Shown one piece after another: positions 18,001 to 27,040 of a DNA stretch of 64,000 nt. Position 1 is the first letter of the stretch, and every line of letters begins with the position of its first letter. Source of the stretch: Auanema rhodensis (taxonomy: Eukaryota > Animalia > Nematoda); contig OZ059895.1 in NCBI GenBank assembly GCA_964057225.1, positions 7,440,001-7,504,000 on the forward strand, read 5' to 3'. The position numbers and the translations under genes are program-made. The notes beneath the pieces are model-generated. The model ran no database searches. It had not been told where the DNA came from and worked only from the letters and a program-made list of their open reading frames with translations.

Positions 18001-20241
18001 CTGTATGAAAGTTTACATGAAGTTGGCAACCGCCACCACTGGCTGGAACCCTGTCATACAATGTATGACATTTGCCAGTTTCTCTTTATTCCAGGCAAGT
18101 TTTTTAAAATACAAGCATTTTCAAAACTAGTATATTACAGTTGAAAATGAATCACATTAAAGAGAACCAAGTGGGTATTCTGCCCGAGACTGGTTATTAT
18201 GCCGGTCAAAAGCAGAGTATAATAGCCATAAAGTATATAAAATGGCTAGAACAAGGATTGGGCCACCCATTAATGCATAAGCTTAATGGTGGCGAATTTG
18301 CAGTGAGAGTAGATGGCCATCGCTATCTACTCGATGCTTATGACCCCGTTGCCAATCATGGCTATGAGGTGAGTAATTTGTAATAAATGTAAAAAATGCA
18401 AATTTTTGTAGATTAATGGTTGCATTTACCATGGTTGCCCCCAGTGCACCAACAAGAGCGCTATAGCACCAGGCAGAAATGGTGAAACAATGGAAGAGGT
18501 AATTGTGACATTTTTAATCATTTTAATTTTTAAAATTTAGGTTTATGATAAAACCATGAAAAGGCTTGAAGCAATTCAAAGCCAAGGCATTAGTGTTACC
18601 ACAGTGTGGGAGCACGAAATTAATGCTCAAATTTCGGCCAATGAAGAAATGGCGAAATTTATGCGTGAAACAAATGTTGTTACACGCTTGGCACCTAGAG
18701 ATGCCTTTACCGGTGGCCGCACCCAGACATATAAGCTTTTGGCACAAGCTTCGGATAGATACTCGCTCGAGTATGTGGACTTTTGTTCACTATATCCATA
18801 TGTCACAGCCTTTGATGCCTATTACCCTGTAGGTAATCCCAAAGTTATTACTGAGGGTTTCAAAAGCTTTGAGACATGTTGCCCATACAAGGGGCTAGTA
18901 AAATGTGACGTGCTTGCACCCACAAATTTGCTGTACCCTGTATTAGGCACACGTATTGGCGGTAAACTTATTTTTACAAACTGCCGCACTTGTGCAGTCA
19001 AAAGTAAAAATGTAACATGTGAGCACCAGAATGATGTAAATGCTAGAAAGCTGCATCTAACTGTGACACATGTTGAGCTCGAGTGTGCCATACAACGTGG
19101 CTATAAAGTGCTTAATGTGCATGAGGTGTGGCACTGGGAAGAATGGCAACAAGGCGGCCTGTTTAAAGAATTTGTACAAAAGTACATAAAAATTAAACAA
19201 GAGGCGTCGGGCTGGCCAAAGCCAAACATGACAGAGGAAGAAAAGGTATGTTTTAATAAAAGTATCACATTAAATAGAATTTTACAGGTGATTTATCTCC
19301 AAGAGCACGAGGAGAACACTGGTGTTGCTCTGGAGAGCAATAAAATTGAGAAGAATGCTGCCATGCGTAGCATTGCCAAACTGCAGCTAAATAGGTTTGT
19401 AAACTTTTTAAAAACAATACATTACAAATTTGCTTATAGTGTCTGGGGTAAAATGGGTCAAAGACCAGATAAAGCCCAAACCAAGATTATTGGTGTTGAG
19501 GACCCAGAAATTGGTAGGATCATTACTGATCCTGCAAGGGAACTCACTGGGTTCAAAATTGTGGATAATGTTGCGTACTGCACAACAGTACCAGAGGATT
19601 CACATTTGGCACCACCGCCTTTTACAAATGTAGCTATTGCGGCCTATACAACCGCTCATGCAAGGCTACTATTGTATAAGGCAATGGAGAAAATTGGAAA
19701 GAATTTGGTGTATACAGGTAATTTTATACTTTGTATTCAATTTAAACTTACATTATTTAGACACGGATTCTCTAATTTATCAAAGGTGCCTGGATGAGCC
19801 AGATCCAATTGAGGATATGAAGGGTGAATGGTTAGGTAAACTAACCTCTGAAATACCCGATGGTTGGTCAATGACCAAGTTTGTGTCACCAGCGGCAAAA
19901 GTTTATAGTTATAAACTTGTAAATGCAGCTGGTGATGTAAAATATGTAACAAAGGCAAAGGGAGTGGTAAGTACGAGCTTTGACTTTTCAAATAATTTTA
20001 TAATTTTCAGACGTTGGACCACACGGCAGCGTCAGTGGTAAACTTTGAAAGTATGGAGCGACTGGTTCGCGGACTCGTTATGGATGGAGAAAAATTGGTT
20101 TTAAAAACCAATACGACATTGTTAAAGAGGCAACTCGGTGCCATATCCACAATGGATATGACAAAAAGTACTAAAGTCGTAATGGATAAACTTTGTTATC
20201 TTCAAGATTATAGTACTTTACCCTACGGTTATTGTGTTTAA
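15029..20241 (+). CDS. pPolB: Protein-primed family B DNA polymerase polyprotein (14 exons, about 1369 aa)
   Basis: Phase-consistent exons 15029-15042, 15089-15145, 15192-15314, 15360-15441, 16014-17048, 17093-17266, 17312-18094, 18141-18368, 18412-18498, 18541-19245, 19288-19394, 19440-19717, 19761-19966, 20011-20241. Motifs: ExoI FYDFET, ExoII AHNGSRFD, ExoIII YCRTDV, A DFCSLYP, B KLQLNSVWGK, C YTDTDS, KAKG. The first four exons are less certain than the rest. Confidence 0.9.
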
Positions 20242-20379
20242 TATATTTGAATTTATAAATTTTTATCTTGTATATATTTGTATTTATAAAATTTTATCAT
20301 TGTACATGTATTTATTTTTAAAAATAGTTGTATTAATAAATTTTATTCTTAAATCTTTTAAAGAATTTTATTACATACA

Positions 20380-21714
20380 TTACAAACTGGTATCAATATA
20401 TGGAGCACGATTGTTGTCAATTGAAAGAATAGAGTCATACTCTGCATAAACAATTGCATATAAGCCCTCTTGCGGCGTTTGTTGACCAAATTCCAATTTC
20501 AAGGCTACATTACCTTGTCGTATAACATCAAATAACTCTGACGAATGCACAGTAGGAGAAATATCAAATACAAAAAATGTGAAACCAGCTTTATACATTG
20601 CTGGTGTAATACCATTGGATGAATCTGTACGACCAAGTCCCAAACCTTCCAGCATGTCAATATATGCTGTGGCATAGGAAGATCGCCATTCTAAATTATA
20701 AGGACGGGTAGGTATTACCCTATTGTTGAGCGTCAAGTATATATTTTTCAAATCAAACGGTTTAAAGTTGAATGGCGAATGTTTAAAAGTACCATTATAA
20801 GCGTGTGCGCCAACAAGACCTACTACAACACGTTTTGGTGTATGAGACGTGAATAATATATTATTAGGTGAATCCAAGCGGCCTCCTTCTATGAAATAAG
20901 AGCGCATTTTCACTGATGTCATGGGGTAGTGTATTCGATCCTTTGCGAGTTTATCTTCTATAGCCATAGCTAATCCAGCGTTTAGATCAAACTCTTGAAT
21001 GAGCAAATGTACATCGCTGATATCTACTTTCAAATTTGGAAACTCCTCCTTTAATGTAGTATCCTTGTTTTCATTATTCCAGCCTAGAGTGTCAATTAAA
21101 AAGTTATCACGGTTTGGATATGCAGTTAGCTCCATTTTTGAATAGTTTACAAACAGTCGCTCTTGATTAAATAGGTCGATACTGACGGGAGCAGCCATCT
21201 CACACAATATGCCATTTTTTACAAGCGCTTGACGCGTTCTAAATCCAGCACTGGATGCATTATCTATATATCTATCAGCATAATATCCTGATATGGCAAG
21301 TTTGCTCTCTTTAACATCGTTGCTATACATTAAAATATTTTCGATATATGTTTTATAGGCATGATTCACGGTAGAGTCATACACGCTAACATCGCCAATT
21401 TTCAAATGATACGAATGTATTAAACTGGCAGCAAATTGTTGACATGGTGCAAAAACAAGGTTGTCTGGTACTGGATCACCGTTTGTGGTTACAATTTTAA
21501 ATTTTACATTCAACCAACATCTTCTCAGATTGAGGAATGATTTGGAATTTTGAGCTATAACAAATTCCCATGGTCCTTGAGGAAGAAAAGTATTTTTCAA
21601 AGGGACTTGTACAGTACGAGTGGATTCAACACCTAATGCCGACGCAGGTATATCACCATAGTTGATATTAGGTAAAAGGGCTTGTGCTGATTTTGAATCT
21701 ATCAATTTAGCCAT
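20380..21714 (-). CDS. Major capsid protein (double jelly-roll), 444 aa, intronless
   Basis: Polinton MCP-like motifs: GPWEFVI, YKTYIENIL, DLFNQERL, PKRVVVGLV..AYNG..SPFNF, GFTFFVFDISP, IVYAEYDSILSID. Confidence 0.88.
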   Translation of the reverse strand: MAKLIDSKSAQALLPNINYGDIPASALGVESTRTVQVPLKNTFLPQGPWEFVIAQNSKSFLNLRRCWLNVKFKIVTTNGDPVPDNLVFAPCQQFAASLIHSYHLKIGDVSVYDSTVNHAYKTYIENILMYSNDVKESKLAISGYYADRYIDNASSAGFRTRQALVKNGILCEMAAPVSIDLFNQERLFVNYSKMELTAYPNRDNFLIDTLGWNNENKDTTLKEEFPNLKVDISDVHLLIQEFDLNAGLAMAIEDKLAKDRIHYPMTSVKMRSYFIEGGRLDSPNNILFTSHTPKRVVVGLVGAHAYNGTFKHSPFNFKPFDLKNIYLTLNNRVIPTRPYNLEWRSSYATAYIDMLEGLGLGRTDSSNGITPAMYKAGFTFFVFDISPTVHSSELFDVIRQGNVALKLEFGQQTPQEGLYAIVYAEYDSILSIDNNRAPYIDTSL

Positions 21715-22167
21715 TTAAATGTGAAACGACCGCTCACGAGTGATGCACAACCGCTTATGAGGTTTCGTGGTTTTGCGTCGTCGCCGTTTGCCCAAGCCGG
21801 TAAGATCTCGTATAGCTTGCCGGCCGGCTGTTTTAAGAGTTTCCTTGATATTATCGCCTTTCAGCACCCCATCGACAATTTCATTACCAGTTTTCAGCAA
21901 CTGTCCGCCAAGAGGTGAATTTACAACTGGACTATTGCTTACAGCACTGGATAAGGCGTTTCTTCCGGCATTGATGAGATTTTGGGCTATAGGTGATTGA
22001 ATGATGCGTGGTAGAAATGATGCCAAAGTTGCCAAAATACCACCCAAACCATGACCCCTCTGCATTCCACGTTGAAACATCATTCCGCTAAATGGGGCGC
22101 CACCCATTTGTTGATTTAAAAGTGTTGTCCATTGAATAGAGTTGACATCCAAAAGGAGGTGCGGCAT
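21715..22167 (-). CDS. Putative virion core / membrane-lytic precursor protein (150 aa from MPHLLL)
   Basis: QRGHG followed by amphipathic GLGGILATLASFLPRII; Arg/Lys-rich C-terminus; its stop abuts the MCP start (TAAATG). Confidence 0.7.
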   Translation of the reverse strand: MPHLLLDVNSIQWTTLLNQQMGGAPFSGMMFQRGMQRGHGLGGILATLASFLPRIIQSPIAQNLINAGRNALSSAVSNSPVVNSPLGGQLLKTGNEIVDGVLKGDNIKETLKTAGRQAIRDLTGLGKRRRRKTTKPHKRLCITRERSFHI

Positions 22168-22218
22168 ATCGAACCGCACGCGCGCAATACAAAAGTTACA
22201 CTAGATCATTCTACTAAA

Positions 22219-22674
22219 ATGTATTCGTCTGAAATAGTATCACTATTGCAATCTGTCCCCAGCACTCGGAAACTATTCCTCGGTGTATATAGCGCTGATA
22301 CTCTACCCAAAACGCGTCGTAAAAACTTTGCACTTGTCGTAAATACTGACACACATGATAAGCCAGGCACACATTGGCAGGTCATCTTTGTCCGTAACAA
22401 GCAAGCCTATTTTTTCTGTAGCTTGGGATATAAAATGAACAAGTACATTCAAAATTATCTGGCCAAATATAAAAAGGTAAAAATTAATACTTGCAAACCA
22501 CAACGTATAATTGAATACACTTGTGGTGGCTACGTGGTATTTGTAATACTAATGTTGTCGGCTGGTAATTCATTTGAAAGCATTTGTTCATTTTTTAAAC
22601 TATTACAAAACGATGATGTCTTTATTAAAGCGTTTATGCATAAAGTATTCGACTATAAATTGGCTACTATATAA
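22219..22674 (+). CDS. Adenain/Ulp1-clan cysteine maturation protease
   Basis: FLGVYSADTLP, VVNTD..PGTHW (catalytic His), Q..TCGGY (oxyanion Gln, catalytic Cys), ND near the C-terminus. Confidence 0.9.
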   Translation: MYSSEIVSLLQSVPSTRKLFLGVYSADTLPKTRRKNFALVVNTDTHDKPGTHWQVIFVRNKQAYFFCSLGYKMNKYIQNYLAKYKKVKINTCKPQRIIEYTCGGYVVFVILMLSAGNSFESICSFFKLLQNDDVFIKAFMHKVFDYKLATI

Positions 22675-22715
22675 GAAATTTGTCATTAATAACCTGCTAC
22701 ATTACGTGGTCAGTT

Positions 22716-22886
22716 ATGAATATTCCTTGTCACTGTGAATTATGTGTCAAATACACGTTGGAGCAATCTAAACCAGCGCCTTTATACAGGAGAATGTTGA
22801 AATGTATTTCAGTGCCATTTATTAAAGGTATAGCATTGGGATTGGGCTTTTGTACAACACTAGTCATATTATTGCTCATTATATAA
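22716..22886 (+). CDS. Small 56-aa protein with Cys cluster and C-terminal transmembrane segment
   Basis: MNIPCHCELC...PFIKGIALGLGFCTTLVILLLII*. Fills the gap between the protease and the Zn-finger gene and has the shared GTGGT-N5-ATG motif. Confidence 0.55.
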   Translation: MNIPCHCELCVKYTLEQSKPAPLYRRMLKCISVPFIKGIALGLGFCTTLVILLLII

Positions 22887-22927
22887 AAGTGGGTTGATTG
22901 CGTGTGGTCGTTTTTCATTTTCCTCTA

Positions 22928-23392
22928 ATGGAACTTTTATGTAACAAATATTGTGGTACATGCAAGGAAATATTTTCTTCAACCAAGCATTTTAGTGATC
23001 ACGTTTTGAAAAGACATGCAGGGATTCAACCCATATGTAACAATTATATCAGCAATGCTGACTTTATTCAAAAATATGGACATTTGGATGGTGTTCGTAG
23101 ACGTTTGTGCCCTCATTGTAGTGAAACTTTTGGAACAAGATTCAATTGTGAGCGTCATATTCGGCGTATTCATAATAATAATGGAACGAATGGTGAAGAT
23201 GGTGATGGAAATGATACCAGCAAACCCTTTGAAAAAGCTGAGGAGTTTGTACATTCAACCCAATCAAAAAGATGCCGCAGCAATAGTGACGGAGAACATT
23301 CACAACACGAGCCGAGCGACAAACAAAACTGCCCTAAACTATCTTTTAAACCTTCGAAAATAAAAATGTGGTATTGTATAACTGTTGAATAA
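22928..23392 (+). CDS. Two-finger C2H2 zinc-finger protein
   Basis: CGTCKEIFSSTKHFSDHVLKRH and CPHCSETFGTRFNCERHIRRIH, then a low-complexity tail. Confidence 0.75.
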   Translation: MELLCNKYCGTCKEIFSSTKHFSDHVLKRHAGIQPICNNYISNADFIQKYGHLDGVRRRLCPHCSETFGTRFNCERHIRRIHNNNGTNGEDGDGNDTSKPFEKAEEFVHSTQSKRCRSNSDGEHSQHEPSDKQNCPKLSFKPSKIKMWYCITVE

Positions 23393-23397
23393 AACGT

Positions 23398-24255
23398 TTA
23401 TTTCATATTTTTAACATGCAATGTAACAACTGTAGAACCATAATTAAATTGCATAGGACGACCAAATTCATCTAAAATTTCAATACGTATGGTATCGAGT
23501 GTTTGTCTAGTGATTGGTACATAACGAATAGGATTAAATGTTTTGGCAATCATTTTACCAAATTCAGTAGGAGGTGGTACAGGTAAACATGCAAGTAAAT
23601 TAGCTTTCACATTACCAAGAATGGAATATTCTACAATATCACAATATATATACATTGTATTAATGTTATTTGAAAAATCAATGGGACGCCTGGCTATTAT
23701 TGTATCGTTGATGTTTTTATTTTCAAAACCAAGAAAATATGCAAAATCATCACCAAGCGTTGCATTCAACAATAGTCTCTTGCTTGTTACAAACTCTATG
23801 CGCTGCAATGTTTTGTTAAACTGAAATGTGGCGTCTGCGAGCATTTCCTCCACTAGCTTAGCCTCAGCCTGGCGATTATTATACCACTTTTTTACATCTT
23901 CATCTTTATCTATTAAACTTTTTATACGTGCTTCTTCCTCAGCTCCAAGAGGCTTTGTATTGTTGGCGATAAATGATTCTCTTCCAGCGTTGATTCCGCG
24001 TATTATTTCATCACCATTTGCATAGTTGCCTTTAGGCAAGTGTAGAATAAATTTTCTATTGGAAAAACGTAGTGTATAAGATAAATCTTTTTGAACATTT
24101 AATATAGAACAAGGAAAAATGATGTCTGTCAGCCCAATGCAATATCTATTATTGCGTAGCCTTAGTGTTTCAGGTAATCTGGTAAGAAACACTGATGATG
24201 TATTACTTTTTTCAGAGTCAACTGATGATGGAAGAGTAATGTAAAAATCATCCAT
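23398..24255 (-). CDS. Minor capsid (penton, single jelly-roll) protein, 285 aa
   Basis: Polinton mCP hallmarks DFYITLPS..F..RLP..L.L, MYIYCDIVEYSILGN..NLL, RYVPI..TIRIEILDEFG, VVTLH. Confidence 0.85.
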   Translation of the reverse strand: MDDFYITLPSSVDSEKSNTSSVFLTRLPETLRLRNNRYCIGLTDIIFPCSILNVQKDLSYTLRFSNRKFILHLPKGNYANGDEIIRGINAGRESFIANNTKPLGAEEEARIKSLIDKDEDVKKWYNNRQAEAKLVEEMLADATFQFNKTLQRIEFVTSKRLLLNATLGDDFAYFLGFENKNINDTIIARRPIDFSNNINTMYIYCDIVEYSILGNVKANLLACLPVPPPTEFGKMIAKTFNPIRYVPITRQTLDTIRIEILDEFGRPMQFNYGSTVVTLHVKNMK

Positions 24256-24334
24256 GACAAACCACCACTTGATACGTGTACACTATTGCAAATGAAATCA
24301 TTTGCATTTTAGGTACATTTACGAGTGGTTGATT
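24256..24334. promoter_or_regulatory. Pseudo-symmetric divergent promoter between mCP and ATPase
   Basis: Central TGCAAATGA-aa-TCATTTGCA inverted repeat (24287-24306); GTAC and AGTGGT are mirrored toward each ATG. Confidence 0.55.
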
Positions 24335-24982
24335 ATGGTTTTCAGCTTCAAACTACCCAGTCAGACAACTGTAATAGGTGCTACCCAATGCGGTAAAACA
24401 ACCCTCATAAAGCACATATGTGAAAATACTGAAAAGTTTTTCAACGTCCCCATTGATAGAATATTCTGGTTCAGTCAATGTGGGTCATCGTCAGGTGTAC
24501 CAATAAATGATGAGCGTTTAATAATCATTCAAGGGCCTCCTGATCCTGATTTGATAAAAGAACAAAAGGGAGTAAATACTATACTAGTGCTGGATGATTT
24601 GATGAACTTTTTTTCATCGAATAAAGCAGCAAAGGAATTACTCAACAACATTTTTACAGTATGGGCTCATCACTGGAATTTGGCAGTGTTTAATCTTGTG
24701 CAAGCGGCATTTCAACTGGACAGGACCAGTCGAATCAATAGTACATATATAATACTGATGAAAAGTCATTCAGATATATTACAAATACGTAATTGTCTGC
24801 AGCAATTATTTGGGCCACGTTTCAAAAATGCTCTAGAGGCGTATGATGATGCAATGTCTACTCCCTATAGTCATTTACTGATTGACAATCATCCTTTAAC
24901 AAGTGAGAAGCAGCGTATACTATCTGATATAACAGCGGAGAACCCTATTGTTTATGTTGCCAGAAATGTGTTTAGTGTTTAA
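24335..24982 (+). CDS. A32/FtsK-HerA-type DNA packaging ATPase
   Basis: Walker A GATQCGKT, Walker B ILVLDD, HHWN..LVQ..F, RINSTYIILMK, PYSHLLID. Confidence 0.92.
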   Translation: MVFSFKLPSQTTVIGATQCGKTTLIKHICENTEKFFNVPIDRIFWFSQCGSSSGVPINDERLIIIQGPPDPDLIKEQKGVNTILVLDDLMNFFSSNKAAKELLNNIFTVWAHHWNLAVFNLVQAAFQLDRTSRINSTYIILMKSHSDILQIRNCLQQLFGPRFKNALEAYDDAMSTPYSHLLIDNHPLTSEKQRILSDITAENPIVYVARNVFSV

Positions 24983-24994
24983 AGTGCTTGTTCA

Positions 24995-25303
24995 ATGAGT
25001 GGTCGTATTTTGTCAAATTTCAACTTTTTGTCTTCTTGCGCCAAAACTCCTTGTTCTGTTTCCTCATTTTCTTTTGCACAAATTGAAATTATTGTTGAAA
25101 TTGTATTTAATATTGTGAAAAATAATAATTTTCTTTTAACTAACAAGGAATATAAAACCCTCTTGCCCATATCTTCATTATTACGTCAAATAGCTTTGAT
25201 ACGCACACCGGAAAAGGCTAAATCATTATTGGCAACGCTTTCACACAAACAATTGAAAACAATAGTTACATGTGGTATTGCCTATTTTGGTTTTAAATCA
25301 TGA
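24995..25303 (+). CDS. Small Polinton protein (102 aa; tentatively the conserved PW-type ORF)
   Basis: I.EIVFNIVKNN..LT..LRQIA pattern; ATGA overlap with the next gene. Confidence 0.65.
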   Translation: MSGRILSNFNFLSSCAKTPCSVSSFSFAQIEIIVEIVFNIVKNNNFLLTNKEYKTLLPISSLLRQIALIRTPEKAKSLLATLSHKQLKTIVTCGIAYFGFKS

Positions 25304-26016
25304 AGCTCAACCATAAATATCGACTAATTCCTGTCGACGAGGAAACAGTTAATATAGACAAGTTTGATGCAGAGCTCAAGCTTTTACGAGAAAATAGAGC
25401 TATACCCGACTATAAAAAGGCTGAACTATACGAAGACTTGATTGCTCGTCTCAAAAACTATAGAGAAAGTATAGATGCGCCCATATCAGTACAAGTGGAA
25501 AATGCTGATCCACCTCTATTGCCAGAATACAAGTTGCCAAGAAAGTATAACAATTTGTGGGAGAAATTTCCAGAGGTGCGCACAAACAAGAATAACCAAC
25601 TTGTGATTAATAATGAGGCTGTACCAAACACGAATATTACAAAAATTTTAGATTTTGTATTGGATAAAACAAAAACGGAGCCCAATGGATTTTCAGTTTT
25701 GTCAAAGTTTTTAGCCAGTAAAGGCGTACCAAGTTCTAACAAGAAACAAACTAGAAGAGAGTCGGCTGACAATGATTCAGTTGACGTTGTAACTAGAGCT
25801 GAACCGGCTGTTACAGACTTGGACTCTACTATATTACCTAGAACGCCTCGTCATCGTAAAGCTGTTATTAGATATTCACCATCACCGGTTCGTACACTCA
25901 AAAGTAAAAGGTCAAAGACTTTTGATACTGCCGCCGAATCATATTACACACCACAAGAAGGAGACTCACAGAATGGCCAAGGTCGTAAAAGGTTCTACAT
26001 TAGATTATGGAAATGA
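25300..26016 (+). CDS. Polinton protein of unknown function (238 aa; tentatively PZ-type core protein)
   Basis: YRLIPVD..D.KKAELY..L..R, LVINNEAVPNTNI; basic Ser/Pro-rich tail; terminal QNGQG-RKRFYIRLWK. Confidence 0.7.
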   Translation: MKLNHKYRLIPVDEETVNIDKFDAELKLLRENRAIPDYKKAELYEDLIARLKNYRESIDAPISVQVENADPPLLPEYKLPRKYNNLWEKFPEVRTNKNNQLVINNEAVPNTNITKILDFVLDKTKTEPNGFSVLSKFLASKGVPSSNKKQTRRESADNDSVDVVTRAEPAVTDLDSTILPRTPRHRKAVIRYSPSPVRTLKSKRSKTFDTAAESYYTPQEGDSQNGQGRKRFYIRLWK

Positions 26017-27040
26017 TATTTTGGCGAGCATTTATTACGATATAAAACACCCAGCTTCATATACATCAGCCAAGAATTTATTATCGCAAGCACGAAAACA
26101 TGGCATTTCAAAGGTACAAGTTGATGATTTTTTGCAAGATTCTGAAACTTTTACACGACATAAACCAACCAGAATGCGTATGCAGACTAGAAAGACTAGA
26201 GGATGTGGTCGATTTCTAACAGTGCAAGCAGATTTGGTTGATATGCAAAAATATAAAAAATTAAACGACGGCTATGCTTACATGTTGACCATGATTGATG
26301 TTTATACACGCATGTTATATGTTAGGCCTTTGAAAACTAAAGGTGGTATAGAGGTTGCTAGTGCATTTGAAAATTTATTCAAGAATTTTATACCAATTCA
26401 GTTGATTACTGATAATGGCACAGAGTTTTATAATAGTCATTGTGAAAAACTATTCAAAAAGTTTGCCATACTGCACGGATCTACAAGTTCACCACAAAAG
26501 GCTGCAATGGTGGAGCGAGCAAATAGAACTTTAAAAACACGCATGATGAAATATCTCTATTACAAGAATAATCATCGTTGGATTGATATCCTAGATGATT
26601 TGGTTGAAGGAATAAACAAATCTTATAACCGCTCTATAAAAATGCGGCCCATTGATGTTAAAGCAAATATATTCATTGAAGAATATGCACCAGCTGTTAA
26701 AAGCCGCTTTAAAATTGGTGATACTGTTCGCATAAGCAAAAATAGGCGTACTTTTGAAAAAAGCTACGAGTCTGGATATACAATGGAGCTGTTCACAATT
26801 GATGAGGTTGTAACCGGAAACCCAACCGTGTATAAACTTGTAGATTATAATGGTGAACGTATAAAGGGAATATTCTACGAACCTGAACTTGTCTTGGCTA
26901 CTAATAAAAGCAACAAGTACTATATAGAAAAAGTTTTAAAAGAGCGTACTCGAAGCGGTAAACGTCAAGTATTTGTAAAATGGAGTGGATATCCCGACAA
27001 CTTTAATGAATGGATAGATGCAGAAAATTTAAATGTATAA
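25973..27040 (+). CDS. Retroviral-type DDE integrase (c-integrase) with C-terminal chromodomain
   Basis: YYDIKHPASY; catalytic QADLVDM, ITDNGTEF, AMVERANRTLK; chromodomain YYIEKVLKER..VFVKWSGYPDNFNEWI. Confidence 0.95.
   Translation: MAKVVKGSTLDYGNDILASIYYDIKHPASYTSAKNLLSQARKHGISKVQVDDFLQDSETFTRHKPTRMRMQTRKTRGCGRFLTVQADLVDMQKYKKLNDGYAYMLTMIDVYTRMLYVRPLKTKGGIEVASAFENLFKNFIPIQLITDNGTEFYNSHCEKLFKKFAILHGSTSSPQKAAMVERANRTLKTRMMKYLYYKNNHRWIDILDDLVEGINKSYNRSIKMRPIDVKANIFIEEYAPAVKSRFKIGDTVRISKNRRTFEKSYESGYTMELFTIDEVVTGNPTVYKLVDYNGERIKGIFYEPELVLATNKSNKYYIEKVLKERTRSGKRQVFVKWSGYPDNFNEWIDAENLNV

Noticed and set aside
16056-20241. Fragmented polymerase ORFs read as a pseudogene
   Set aside because: Every break coincides with a phase-correct short intron.
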